From the NCBI RefSeq assembly GCF_018350175.1, contig NC_058368.1:39558001-39622000 (forward strand): 64,000 nt of DNA. Reading direction: 5' to 3'. Positions within the stretch are counted from its first letter, which is position 1, and each line of letters begins with the position of its first letter. This document shows positions 50,791 through 63,811 of the stretch, piece by piece. Source of the DNA: Felis catus. Lineage: Eukaryota. The notes beneath the pieces were generated by a model, which saw nothing but the letters and a program-made list of their open reading frames with translations, searched no databases and was not told the origin of the DNA. The translations under genes and the position numbers were made by a program.

Positions 50791-51226
50791 GTGATGGTCT
50801 TTCCCTAAAACACAACTTAACCTTCTATTTGTAAGCTACCTTTTTACTTTCATTACCACATTACAAAATGTTGGAAAGCTCTCTATGCAGCACCCTGGAC
50901 TCTTTCAGGAGAGTCATAATCATAATGTATCTCCTGCTGCAGCAACTAACAAAAGGCATATATCCTTTGGAGCAAGGTTATAAGGAAACATCGTTTCTTG
51001 TTTGTTCCACTACACCCACAGTGTCCTTAGGGGCTCCTAACAACATTTGTGATATGACTGCACTACCATTATACTCTAGATAACAGATTATAAGTCTAAG
51101 TATTTAAGAGGTATTCTTGTTGTGTTCAAATAACCTAGCAAATGCGAAAGTCGCCAATATAATTGAGTATTTTTTCACTTGTGCTTTAAAAGGTGCTGCT
51201 TTGTTTTATATTTTCAATACCATTTG

Positions 51227-51373
51227 TTTGTTTGTTTGTTAGTTCGTTTGTTTGAAGTAGTCTCCACACCCAACACTGAGCCCATCACGGGTCTTGAACT
51301 CATGACCCTGAGATCCAGACCTGTGCTGAGATCCAGTTGGAAGCTTATCCAATTGACCCACCCAGGCACCTCC
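51227..51373 (-). mobile_element. Older, short Can-SINE
   Basis: Reverse head 'cacccaggcacctc' and 'gggtcttgaactcatgaccctgagatc'. (TTTG)n tail. Confidence 0.88.
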
Positions 51374-51946
51374 CATTTGATTATTTTTATATAATGTTGA
51401 AAAAAAGAGATAACCAAACACTGAAAGGAATTTGGTTTAAAATAAGGCATGATTTAATTCTGACATTTTTTTTTTGCTATAATCTAAGTGATCATTTATA
51501 TTCGATTTATAGCTATAATAATTATTTCAAAGAGCACCAGGTGTCAAAATGCATTTTAGAATGAGAAACATTTCATTGTTAATAAAATAAACAGGTTATA
51601 GCTGTAATTAATAGATGAAATATACAATCATTTAGTTATTTTATAATTTTATTTAATCCTATAGCACTAAAATATCTGACTAGACAGCTGCAGAGACTGA
51701 GAATATGAAGGTTAGTAATATTCCTTTCCATCACTATGCAAAGCATTTTTATCTATTTTTATATACAAATTGATGTATGATAAAGTACATGTTTAATTTA
51801 AAATATAGAATAACAATGAGAACCTTGCAATCATGTGACTTATAATTAAAATTACAATAATATTGGTTTTATTGGCCTTTTGAACAAAATACACAGAAGT
51901 AATTCTTTTGTTTAGAGGAAAACGTTGGATTAAAAAATTATCACAT

Positions 51947-52158
51947 GGGTGCCTGGGTGGCTCAGTTGGTTAATCATCTGACTTCAGCTCAGGTGGTGAT
52001 CTCGCACTTCATGAGTTCCAGCCCCGCATCGGCCCTGTGCTGACAGCTCACAGCCAGGAGCCTGCTTCGGATTCTGTGTCTCCCTCTCTCTCTGCCCTCC
52101 CCGCTCACGCTCTGTATCTCTCTCTCTCTCTCTCCCAAAAATAAATAAACATTAAAAC
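51947..52158 (+). mobile_element. Can-SINE
   Basis: Perfect TSD ttaaaaaattatcaca at 51930-51945 and 52159-52174. Confidence 0.97.
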
Positions 52159-52339
52159 TTAAAAAATTATCACAGTAAATATTACCATGAGGTCATTTAT
52201 AAAATGTATAGAATATGCTTATATACTAATAAAAATAGATATTTTAATGGCTAAAAATGTGTACATATAGAAAATTTGCTCTATCATTTTCATAAGCATA
52301 TCTGATAAATTTAGTGCCTAAGAAAGATTGTGAAATCTT

Positions 52340-52367
52340 CACACACACACACACACACACACACACA
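52340..52367. repeat. (CA)n microsatellite
   Basis: About 14 units. Confidence 0.96.
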
Positions 52368-52844
52368 ATGTCTTCTGAATTAGAAGTTAAAATAAAATAT
52401 AATGCACTTAATAGGGATTTTTATAAGATTTATATTCTGGTGGGGGTATATTTAAGTAAACATATTTTTTCTTAAATCTTATGCTTTCAAAGATTTCCTG
52501 AAAACAAATGAACATTGTTAAATAACTGAAGTTATTTATCTTAAGGGATTTCAGTCAACGTAAACTAGCCAACAAATGAGCCTAGGTATTGAAACTAGAA
52601 AAAGCTTAAGTGAACTACCGACTCAAGTTAAGCATAAAATCTTCGACAAGATAATATTTAGGCTTACTTACCTCAAATGAAAATGGGAAAAAAATGCTTG
52701 TTTTAAAGGATATAAAGTAAAATTATATTCTGAGACAATATACATATGGAAAATATCATTTTCTTCTCTCTCTGTATATTTATATTTTCTCAAAAAATTA
52801 CTATACCACTATAGCTATTTGGACACACTTCTAAACTGATACTT

Positions 52845-53066
52845 TTTTTCTTAAATAAAGTTTAATTATTTATTTTGAGAGAGAGAGAAAGAGGGAGTGT
52901 GTGTGCAAGCACGAGCAGGGGAGTGGCAAAGAGAGAGAATCCCAAGCAGGCTTCACACTGTCGGCACAGAGCCTGAATCGGGGCTTGATCCCACAAAACG
53001 TGAGATCATGACCTCAGCCAATATCAAGAGTCAGACCTTTAATCAATGGAGCCACTCAGGCACCCC
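52845..53066 (-). mobile_element. Can-SINE
   Basis: TSD taaactgatactt at 52832-52844 and 53067-53079. Confidence 0.96.
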
Positions 53067-53582
53067 TAAACTGATACTTCTTACAATAAAATGAAACTAT
53101 AGTGTTTTCCCTCACTTGAAAAATAATAATGATATATATATATATATATATATACAACCTCTGATAGCAAGATATCTATATCTGTATCTAATTATATCTA
53201 TATCTATATCTATATCTATATCATCTATATCTAAAATCTCCAGTGCACCTTGCATGTTGAGGACAAATAAAGCAACCCTAATTTTATTTTAGTAAAACAT
53301 TTCTTTATCTGAATTAAGGGTTAAATAAAACAAATTTGGATGACACTAAATTTTTTCTAATGGAAAAAGCACACAAAAAAGTGAGAAAGTATTGGTTGCA
53401 ATTCTTGAAAATCGGTAACTTGGAATAATAATTCAAATCATGGCACATTTCCTTAAATAAAAACATTTTTGTTTGTATTTCAGTACTAAAATTCATGTTT
53501 TGAATTAACTCACATCTTCATCTGTTTGGCTGAGAAATTTTCCAAGTTCGAGTGAAGCCTTGTCACATATTCAGATCATTCT

Positions 53583-53759
53583 CAGTGGTTTTCATCCTTG
53601 TCTAAATACTACAGTCATCTGGGAAGCTTTATAAATTACTGATGCCTGGGTCCTACCCCTCGAGATACTGATTTAATTGGACTGCGTTGCGTCCAGGGCA
53701 TCTGGGTTTTTAAAAGCTCCCAAGTGATACAAAAGGGCAGCCAAGGGAGAGAAATACTG
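53583..53759. mobile_element. hAT-Charlie MITE (MER5-like)
   Basis: CAG...CTG termini (cagtggttttc / gagaaatactg) and quasi-palindromic body 'gatgcctggg...ctgatttaattgg...ccagggcatc...ttttaaaagctcccaagtgat'. Confidence 0.8.
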
Positions 53760-56276
53760 ATCTAAGAGATTATTTTGTGCAAATAATAGGCATGTTCACG
53801 ATATTTAAAACCTTCAAACTTACTGTATTTTTATCATCATTATTTCTACACAGCTGCATCAATATTTTAAAATCAATTAGCCAATAACCTTTAAGTCTAC
53901 CAGGTAAGATAGATATATTTAACACACCTTCTCCCTGATCAAGGAGTATAATTTAAAACAAAACAGTTGATGATGATTTCCCTTCTCACCTCAAAACATA
54001 AGTATGGTGTATTTGTTTGTTCTTTATTAAAACACAAATCACTAAACAAGTTGGAATCGTTAGGACTATACTATATGCTTTAAAACTACTTTGTGTGGAA
54101 TTCTGTAGTGCTTAGTGAGCCATTTCCCAATGGGAGGCTCTCCAGTGGTTCATTATTATTAGGTGTTCTGTTAAAGTAAGTGTAACATCTACTCATTATG
54201 TAATGCTTCCTATGAAAGAACGCTAAGAGCCCCCAAATTAGTGTTCTACTAAGGTATTGTTTTAACGATGGCAATTATCACTGATGGCAATGTGACTTCT
54301 TTTCTGAGTGAGAGTAAATAGTCTTACTTTGAAGAATGTTAAGACAGAGCATAATGATTCATATTAATGAAATAGCCTGATAATCTTGTCAGATGAACTG
54401 TAACACCTTGTGGGACTATTAGAAACTGTGTTAACTTGTTTCTCTTCCTATTTCCTTAACGAGTTTTAATTTATGTCAAGTAAATTTCCCACACTCCGTT
54501 AGACTGAGGTCAGCTCTGGATATTCTCACTGTTGTAACAGAAGCATCAAGATTCAGAGCTCTGAAATTTGTCTCTAGCATACTCCCTAGACACATGCGCA
54601 AACACACAGACACACATGAACACCACAAAAGGGAAGCAATGGCAGCAGAAAAATTCAAAACCGAAGAAAAATCCCCACAAAACAACAAAATAAACCTCAT
54701 TGCAAACAATAAAATCAGACACATATAGAAAAATGGGATACAAGTAAAGGTTAAAGAAGCACTACTGTTTATAACAGATAGCTAAAAATAAACTCAATCA
54801 TGCATCAAAATGATTACTAAGGATAATGTTTCTCACCCGGCCCCCTCAGCTCGAGTATATGGGTACAGGAATGAAATAAAGGGGAGAACTTCTTCCTATA
54901 TTCCAACCTTTTCATTGGTTTTTGATTCGGGAGTGGACAGGTATGTCTCCCTAGGGGTTTTTAGAATTGATTGCCATTTACTTGCGCTGGTCTACTGTAG
55001 CACTATGAAGATGAACCCTATATAGCCCATGATTCTACAATCAGATGATCATACTTTCAAATGAGTACAGCCACTTTCACCAATCTATATTTCCAAATGT
55101 AAATTCTCTAGAATGATGCATTTACATCCTTAGATAGTGGATTATAATTTACTCTTTTCAAGCACATCTTTTTTTCAAGGGTGAATGCACAGCATTTTAT
55201 ATTTCTAAAAACAAACAAAACCAAGTGAGCATGGATTTCAAAAATTTTACTCAAATTAGCATCAAATATTGAAATATTTTTATTTTATTATTATTATTTT
55301 AAACATTACCCTTTCATTCATTCAGCCTTAAGATGTTTACTCAAAGCTTCCTAGCAAGGTAACTTTGGGTGGTATTAATAGAAAGAGATTTTCTTTCACA
55401 GATATAAAAGATATATTTATTAATACACTCAAACTATTTACTAAGTGGCTACATTTCCCAGGAACTCTTCTAGCTTCTAAGAATACAGCAGTGAACAACA
55501 CAGATATATTTCCTTGTCCTCGTGAATCTTACAATCTTTTGACCTCCCAGTAGATCATTTTCAAAAACTTCTGAGGATAGAATTATTCTTAATGATGTCA
55601 TTGTTATTTAATCCTTACATTCCCCTAAAAATTTTCACTTAAAACAGTTATTGATATTAACCCTGAAAAATAAAAAAATGCTTTATTTAACATAATTTCT
55701 CTAATGTTATATATAAAATAGAACTATTAAAAATAAATTGCAATATAACAGTTCTATTTTATAATTTACAACCATAATAGAGCTAATTGGAAAAGAATCT
55801 TACCATGTTCCCTATTTGTAACAAACGTATTAAGTTTATTATCATTCCTAACATGCTTTGTTGCATATCACAACCTGCAAAAAATCAAGGACTAACATTG
55901 CCATTTTGAATTAAAAAAACAACAACAACAAAACAAAACTTTCCATTGTATGGTGTCAAATAAATTGCAACTGAAAAAATCATTACATGGTTCCTTTACT
56001 TTTTTAATTTGAATTTTTTCATTTTCTTATTTTAAATGTAGTTGCAAGAACTAGTTGTGTTTATATAATGTGCCCACCATATAATTTTGTAAAAATAAGT
56101 AAGGTCTTATTATATTTCTGGCAGTTGATTTTTCTTACCTCTAACTAGTTATTTGAATTGCCATTGCCCCTTTTTTTTTGTAGCATCAAAACAGAAATGG
56201 TATCTGAGAGCAAGGTAACCTTACTAAGAGCATGGGACAAGGCACTGATCTGCCACTGTAATAGCATGATAATTTC

Positions 56277-56488
56277 CTTTTTTAAAAAAATTATTTAATG
56301 TCTTATTTATTTTTTGAGAGGGCATAAGTTGGGGAGGGCAGAGAGAGAGAGGGAAAGAAGATCCGAAGTGGGCTCTGCACTGATAGGCTGATAGCAGTGA
56401 GCCCAATTTGGGGCTCGAACTCATGAACCACAAGATCATGACCTGAGCTGAAGTTGGACTCTCAACTGCTGAGCCACCCAGGAGCCCC
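56277..56488 (-). mobile_element. Can-SINE (variant subfamily)
   Basis: Reverse head 'gagccacccaggagcccc' and a duplicated 'ctgatagg/ctgatagc' internal word. Imperfect TSD tagca(t)gataatttc. Confidence 0.94.
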
Positions 56489-57254
56489 TAGCAGATAATT
56501 TCTTAAATACACAAGGACTAGGAAGACAACTATGGGATTCCAATGTAACAGATGAACCATATTTATAATCAGGGTGCTATTACCAAAGAATCTACCTAAG
56601 GGGTAGTATAGAGTGCCACCAGAGACTCTGGGGAAGTATTTAGGGCAGGACAGTTCACTAGCTCAGCAAGCCCAGCTAATTTGGGATCAAGAAATACGTT
56701 TTGTAATACATCTGCCTTCTAACATCCATCCAAAAATTTAAAATTCATCCCATAATGATCTGTGGTCTAATTCATTTTTTTGACACATTCGTATGACACA
56801 TTAAACTTTTCATTGTATTTTAAATAATTTCTTGTCAGGTAAATTGTAATCATTGAGATCAGATGCCATATGTTCCTAAGCTGTACTCACAATACCTAGC
56901 ATGGTAGTATGTATATAATATTAATTCTACATATACCCCATGCTTCCCACATGGTCTTTAAAATCATCTATCATCTCTCTTGCACCCATACTGTATAGTC
57001 TGGCGGTGGGCTAAATAACACTCTTTTTCTCTCATCATAGCAAACAGACCAGTATACTCTACTTTACCCAAACCCTCAGCTACTTTGAAGCTCATGACAG
57101 TAATCTATGCCAAGTATTGTCACTTTTTTGCTCCAGTTATTGATAGATTCCCCAGTCCAACTCCCCTCAGTCTCTGATAATTTGGTGACCCTGTTCATTG
57201 TGTATCTCCAACACTATTCTGTCACAATTTTCAAATCCACATCCACTGTGTTTC

Positions 57255-57483
57255 CCTTTCTTCTTTTTTTCTTTCTTTTCTGTTTTTATTTTTATTTGAA
57301 AGAGAGTGAGCACGTACAAGTAAGCATGGTGCAGGGGCAGAAGGAGAGGGAGAGAGAGAATCTTAAGTAGGTTTCATGCCCAACGTAGAGCCCAAAGCAG
57401 GACTTGATCTCACCACTGTGAGATCATGACCTGAGCCAAAATCAAGAGTTAGACACTCAACTCACCAAGCCACCAGGCACCTC
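57255..57483 (-). mobile_element. Can-SINE
   Basis: 'gagatcatgacctgagccaaaatcaagag' and degenerate reverse head. TSD cactgtgttt. Confidence 0.92.
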
Positions 57484-57949
57484 ATACACTGTGTTTTCAA
57501 TATCCAATTAAACACAACGTGTTTTTAAGAATTCTCCTTCAGCCACCACTCAGGGACATTAAATCAGTCAGTCCAGTAGCAACTTATTCTTCCTCACTGT
57601 TTACTATATTGATTCCATCTTCCAGTCAATCTATTGATACTACCATTGTTTTCTCTATTCTCCATAGCCTCATATCTGTCTTCCTTACGTACCTGACTTA
57701 AATTCAATGATAACTTATTTCAATCTCTTATTAGTGCATAAAGTCTCAACACAATTACCCACTTCCTCTTCTGTTTTATTTGCTGAAAAAAAGGGTGCTA
57801 TTAAATTCAGTTATCTGCTCTAAGTCATCATTAAATAAGTGAACTTAAAAGATAAGAACTTATAACTATGTTGAGTGATCTTATTTTAACCTCCTGACCA
57901 CAGAATTCAAGGGTGTCTGACGATCCCACCCTTTTTCCTACTCCATTCA

Positions 57950-58770
57950 CTCTTCCATTACTCTAGAAAACTATTTAAATTATTCTCTGTCTTATGTAAC
58001 TACAGCATCTTCTTGCAGATATACATCCACGGTTATTTCTTATTTCATTGTCAAAGTAGAAGAGCTATGAAGAAAACTACTGCATTTTCCTTGTCTTCCT
58101 TTTCCATCATCAATATTCTTGCTACTTGGTCATTCTCACTTGCATAGAAACATATTATTGTTTCTCCTAGCATAACAGCAAAATTAAAAAAAACACATAA
58201 ATATATAAAATACTCTTTACCCTGCCTCTTCCTCTATCTAGTGCCTGATTTATCTGTCATGCTTTTCAGCAAAACCCATTGAAAGGATAACTGTACCTAT
58301 TGTCTGAATTCCTCTCCATTCTCTTTCTAACCAACTCCAATCAGCTTTGCTTTTCTCACTCCAAAGAAATATCACATGCCATCATCCCCTCCACTCATCC
58401 AAATCCAGTGGTCAATCATCAGTTCATATCTAAGTTGACTTAGTCAAATTATTTCACACACTGCTATCACTTCTACTCCTTCTAGAAACACTTAATTCCC
58501 CGGACTATGACACCATTATTCATCCACTTTGTTTCTATGACACTGGCAGCTGCTTCTCAGTCTCCTTTGCTTATCCTTCCTCATTTTATGGATCTCATAC
58601 CTCTGGTATTATTATGTTATTTCTTCATTCACTTTCTAAATTATCCCAAACTGTCCACTGCCTATAAATGTCATCTGTAGATTTGATGGCCTTGATATAT
58701 TCACTCTATTCCCAGTTCTGTCTCTGTGTCTGGCACATCATAAGTCCTTATTAAATACTTTTTGAATGAA
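57950..58770 (+). mobile_element. L2 LINE fragment
   Basis: Pyrimidine-rich L2 ORF2/3' text 'accaactccaatcagcttt...aaatccagtggtcaat...cactggcagctgcttctcagtctcctttgc' ending 'tggcacatcataag...aaatactttttgaatgaa'. Confidence 0.7.
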
Positions 58771-58785
58771 AGTATAGATGAATGA

Positions 58786-59001
58786 AAAGTGCCTGGGTGG
58801 CTCAGTTGGTTAAGTGTCCGACTTCAGCTCAGGTCATAATTTCACTGCTCTTGAGTTCAAGCCCTGTGTCGGGCTCTGTGCTGACAGCTCAGAGCCTGGA
58901 GCCTGCTTCGGAATCTGTGACTCCTCCTCTCTCTGCCCCTCCCCTGTTCATGCCCTGTCTCTCTCTCTTTCAAAAATGAATAAACATTAAAAAAAAAAAG
59001 G
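58786..59001 (+). mobile_element. Can-SINE inserted in L2 tail
   Basis: Perfect TSD aagtatagatgaatga at 58770-58785 and 59002-59017. Confidence 0.97.
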
Positions 59002-59449
59002 AAGTATAGATGAATGAGACCTAAAATATCAGCTATTTTGATAATAGGCATTTTTGAGACTCTTAGTGGCAGAGCCAGGGCCAGTGTTTTGACTTCTAAT
59101 ATCATGATGAGTCGACATAAGGAAGTCATTCTTTTCATTCCAAATTTATTTTTTAAATGCATTTTTTTCTTTACAAAATGGCACTTGTCAGATGATTGAT
59201 GCACTGAAGCTTGAATGTCAGCCATAAAACATTCCATTTATAGGCAATATAACACTTAGAAATATTAAATTTCTTTTTAATTTGGAGAATGGATTAAATG
59301 ACTTACAGGGTCAGGATATTTTCCAATTTTGATATTGTAAGATATGAAGTTGATAGAAAGACATATAGATGATAAACAATATTACCTGTGCACAGGTTTA
59401 AACAATTAAAGTAGAGCTTTAGTTTTTATTTTGGACTAAAACATAACTG

Positions 59450-59600
59450 TAGTCAAGTTGGGAAAATTATTTAAATCTAAGTCTCACTTTCCTCATTGAT
59501 AAAAAAATATTATAGTAACTTTCTCAGTAGGTTGTGAGAATTAAACATATTAATGTACACAAAACAGAATAGTATCTGACATATTAAAAGTTCTTTAAAA
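59450..59600 (+). mobile_element. MIR fragment
   Basis: 'ttgggaaaattatttaaatctaagtctcactttcctcatt...ggttgtgagaattaaa'. Confidence 0.65.
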
Positions 59601-61392
59601 GATATCATCATGATTCTATTATGTTATCAGCTAATCCAAGTTGACATTAAGTTAAAATTACATTTATTGAGTACATTGATGGCATCAAGATACCTTAATG
59701 TTGGAATATATTTAGATTTAAACTACATTACAGAGAGTAGCTGGACCAGATCTAAAGTATGCCTTTTCTGATATCTTTTCAATGTTCATTCTTTTAGTAG
59801 CAAGTATATGGTATTTATTTATTCTACTTATTTTTTTATGTTTTACTTGAATCATAAAATCACCATTTGACTTCAGAATACAGTATTCCTGGATTAATTC
59901 CTGTTTTATAGAACTGTCTGTATAAGGAAAGAATAACAATACACATTAAACATAATTATGTCGTAGTCTATCCAGATCAGTCTGTCAGTTTCCAAGCTGC
60001 CTCCCTTGACCATTACTGTAACATGTTTCTGCAAATGTCAAGACATACCTACAGTTTCTTTAGTCACAAATCCATTTTTAGTTTTGACAGTATAAATATT
60101 TGCTTATATTCAGGAGAATATTTGTCTTTTGATCCTCTATTCATTTACCTTCCATTCTTCAAGTTTATCTTGATTGATTTAATTAATTCTCTGTGAAATG
60201 AATCTTTTTTAAAGCCTGCAGCATTTTCCTGTGTTTGTTACAACTGTTTTAAGTGAATTTAAAATGTATGCTAAGTACATCAATTAGCAAGAATTCTGGT
60301 ACAATATATGGTGGCTTCTGGAGAATTACTTATTTTAGAAATATACTTTGTTTATTAATGCATACTGACTTAGAAAAGCATTGCGTCATCTCAAGTGTTG
60401 CTTGAATAAAATTTATACAGTAATGAGTCACCTTGAAAAACTATGCCAGATGGTGAAGGAACTGAGAGATAGGAGCACCAGTTAGGTTAATGAGAAATGC
60501 ATTGATGATTCGAGGACACTTGTCTGAATTCTTAGAGCAACTTTCAACAGTACAAGTAAGAAGGAAAGCTTCACATTGGCAGGATAATTTTTTCTTCACC
60601 ATCTACCAAGCAAATAATTATGCTGTTTCCAGTATCTTCCACTAAGAAAGTAGATCCATGTGATAACCATTTATTGTTTTCAGTGAATACAATAAGATAA
60701 AATATAGAGAGAATTAGTGAGTATGGCTATAAAGGGATGAGGTTAGCTATTAAAATATCAATTTATTTTAATATATCAGGGTTTCTTCTCAGTTGCTGGA
60801 AATTTCACCTCCTCTTTATCACAGCAAACTTAATAACTTGCTTGGTTCAAATGTGTTTTCCATATACTTAATTCAGTTCCCATGATATGTCTCCACATGT
60901 AAGGAGCCAGTTATCGGTAGATAGCTTAATTCAAATGAGAGTTCAGAAATTAGAAATTTAGCAAAATTTCTAAACAGCTTGCATCAGGGAGTCCTTCAAA
61001 GCCAGCATTAAATAAATCAACTCATCAAGCTATGTCAACAACTTTTGTTCTCCTCATTTATTCCATGAGGAGATTGAAAATCCATGAGATTTGTAAGGTT
61101 TTGACCATGTTTGCATCTTCTATATTTTAATGAAATCTTTTCCTCTTTCACACGAGTACTTCCAAAACAAATTCATCATATTTTAAGTCTCCAATACATC
61201 TGGTTTTAGGAAGTGAAAATTATTTTGTCTTTTTCTTAAAGTTCTAAAAATATTTATTCAATAATTCTAGGTACAATGATATATGCAAGCATATTTATAT
61301 ACTGAAAACTCCCAGTACCTTTCCTTGCCTTATTTTGTGGGAAAATGTACTGTTTTGAAATTTTGCTTGAGGTCTTCATGAAAAATAAATCA

Positions 61393-61795
61393 CTACTCAG
61401 CCATAGGAAAGAATGAAATCTTGCCATTTGCGACGACGTAGATGGAACTAGAGAATATTATGGTAAGTAAAATAAGTCAGTCAGAGAAAAACAAACACCA
61501 TATGACTTCACTCATATGTGGAATTTAGGAAACAAAACAAATGAACAAAGGGGAAAAAAGAGAGAGGCAAACCAGGAAACAGACTCTCAGCTATAGAACA
61601 AACTGATGGCTACCAGAGGGGAGGTGGGTGGGGAAGGGATGGGTAAAATAGGTGATGAGGATTAAAGAGGGCACTTGTCGTGATGACCACCAGGTGATGT
61701 TTGGCAGTGTAGAACCACTATATTGTACACCTGAAAAATAATATCATACTGTATGTTAACTAACCAGAATTTAAACAAAAACCAAAAAAAAAATA
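61393..61795 (+). mobile_element. 5'-truncated L1 (carnivore-type 3' end)
   Basis: 'tactcagccataggaaagaatgaaatcttgccatttgcgacgacgtagatggaactagag' (ORF2 end YSAI.KNEILPFATT.MELE), 3' UTR and A tail. Confidence 0.92.
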
Positions 61796-63232
61796 ACTAG
61801 TAGGTTATGTAGCGAAATTCCTTTTCCTGTCATCTGTATATAACAGGAATTGAATGATAAAAGTAATTTTTCCTATGGATTCAACAACTCTTTTTGTATC
61901 TTTCTCCACTATTATCAATATAGTCACTAAGCAAATTATTCAACTTACTTCTTTCCTCTAGGAGTGATGGTTCCAAATTTTAGGAACCATGGCCTTTCTA
62001 GGAAAATGTGGAAATTTAGTCAGGATACTAAAATAAACAATTCCTATTATACCAACGGGGGTCGGGGCGGGGGGACAAGCCATGTTTCCGTAACTCAATT
62101 TTTAAGTTAAAGAAAAAGCTACGGATTTGGGGTATCATGGGAAGTGTGGAGAAAGATTAGAAAGTTGAGGAAATACCCTGAAGAAGTAAAAAGCAGGACA
62201 GAGATGGGTCAAGGTAGGCTTATTTTTTTGTTGTTTGTTTTCTCTCCTAAGCTGTTAAAAGCCTCTAAACTTATATGTTTAATATAGACCTACATTTCCC
62301 CTAAAGCCTTGGAGCATGATTTTATTCTGCCATAGTTTGTTTGGAGAAAAAGTGATTTGAAATAATGAGCTCTTTTACATGTGACAGTATTCTATGGATA
62401 ATTAAAGTTTGTACTATTCGATTTTTAAGTAAGCAAAGAAAACTGCTGTGAGCTGCTGTAATTAACAATTTCACATAATGGTGCTTTCACAGATACAGTT
62501 TGGATTCTACTTTTAGAATATCCAGGAAGGTGGATATGTTATGTTTATATAGAAAATGGCAGACCATTACTTGAAGAAATGGAAGAATATGACAAATGAA
62601 GAATTAAAGAACCTCATTTTCGAGCTCCTAATGTTTCCTTGAAGATTATGCCTAAAGTAAAAAAGCAATATTAGTTTTTCACCTCATTTCACTGATGCAG
62701 TGGTAATTCACAAAAGTGCTTCTATGAATTGTGAAAGTATGTCCAGGTGTATGAATTTGAAGGCATCCAAGCATTCGGATTTTGCCTCAAACTGCATTTT
62801 TTGTTTATGTCAGAAAACCTTTGAGACACAAGTGGTTAAATGAAGAATAATTAGAAGCAAGGTGAGATTGAATAAGCATAATAGAAGTACAGAATGATGC
62901 CTCAACACTTTCTGGGAATGAATATTTATTATGTTCTTTTACTGCTTGTACAAACATGTATTTCCTTGTACGTGTGGTTAGCTCTAGTATTTGAAGTAAG
63001 TTTTTAAAAGCTTTAATGTCAATACCTAACTTCCATTTAAAATATATCTTTATTTAAATGATTCATTCCATTGTAGACATTATAACCTTTTACTATAGAC
63101 CCCGGGCTCTTCTACAACATTTAGTTAATTTTTTTTTGTTTTTCTAGAATGCTGAATAGTTCACCAATTTAAATGAGAAATATCAAATTTTAATCTTGGT
63201 TTCCCTAAACTTGCAATATCACAGTTATTCTT

Positions 63233-63462
63233 TTTTAAGTTTATTTATTTATTTATTTTCAGAGAGAGAGGAGAGTGAGAGAGTGTGTGGGGCAAAGCAT
63301 AGAGAGAAAGAGAGAGAGAATCCCAAGCAGGCTCCTCACCATCATCAGGGAGCCTGGCCACTGTAGGGGGGGGGAAGGGAGGGGACCAAATCCATAAACA
63401 GTGAGATCATGACCAGAGCCAAAATCAGGAGTCAGAGGTTAACTGAGCCACCCAGATGCCCC
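63233..63462 (-). mobile_element. Can-SINE with internal G-rich expansion
   Basis: TSD cacagtta(t/a)tctt at 63220-63232 and 63463-63475. G9-AA-G3-A-G4 replaces the B-box region. Confidence 0.93.
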
Positions 63463-63811
63463 CACAGTTAATCTTAAGATAACAACACAATGAAAAAGTA
63501 TAAAAAAATATTAAAATGGCACTATTTGAATTTAAATTCCATCTTTATAGCATAAAAGGAAAGTAATGGTTCTCATATCTTGATAATATATTTGATGATC
63601 CTCAAAGTTTTCTAAAATACAAAAATAACCCTTCCTACCTTCTTTGTTTACTTCTTTAACCTATTACCATTATTCTTACTTTGTGACTTTATTTATTCTG
63701 AAACCTTAGTCATCACACAAAGGGAAATATTTTTTTCAAACCTGTATTGCATTAATATACTTTGAATTCCATTGTCTGTTGTGGGTAGCCTCTGTACATA
63801 TATATGCCTTT

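Noticed and set aside
54476..54743. Stop-free frames on both strands around 54480-54730
   Set aside because: Low-complexity A/C-rich tract, no recognisable homology and no convincing splice-site pair.
62555..62641. Short ORF MADHYLKKWKNMTNEELKNLIFELLMFP with good Kozak context
   Set aside because: Only 28 codons, no recognisable homology and no evidence of transcription from sequence alone.
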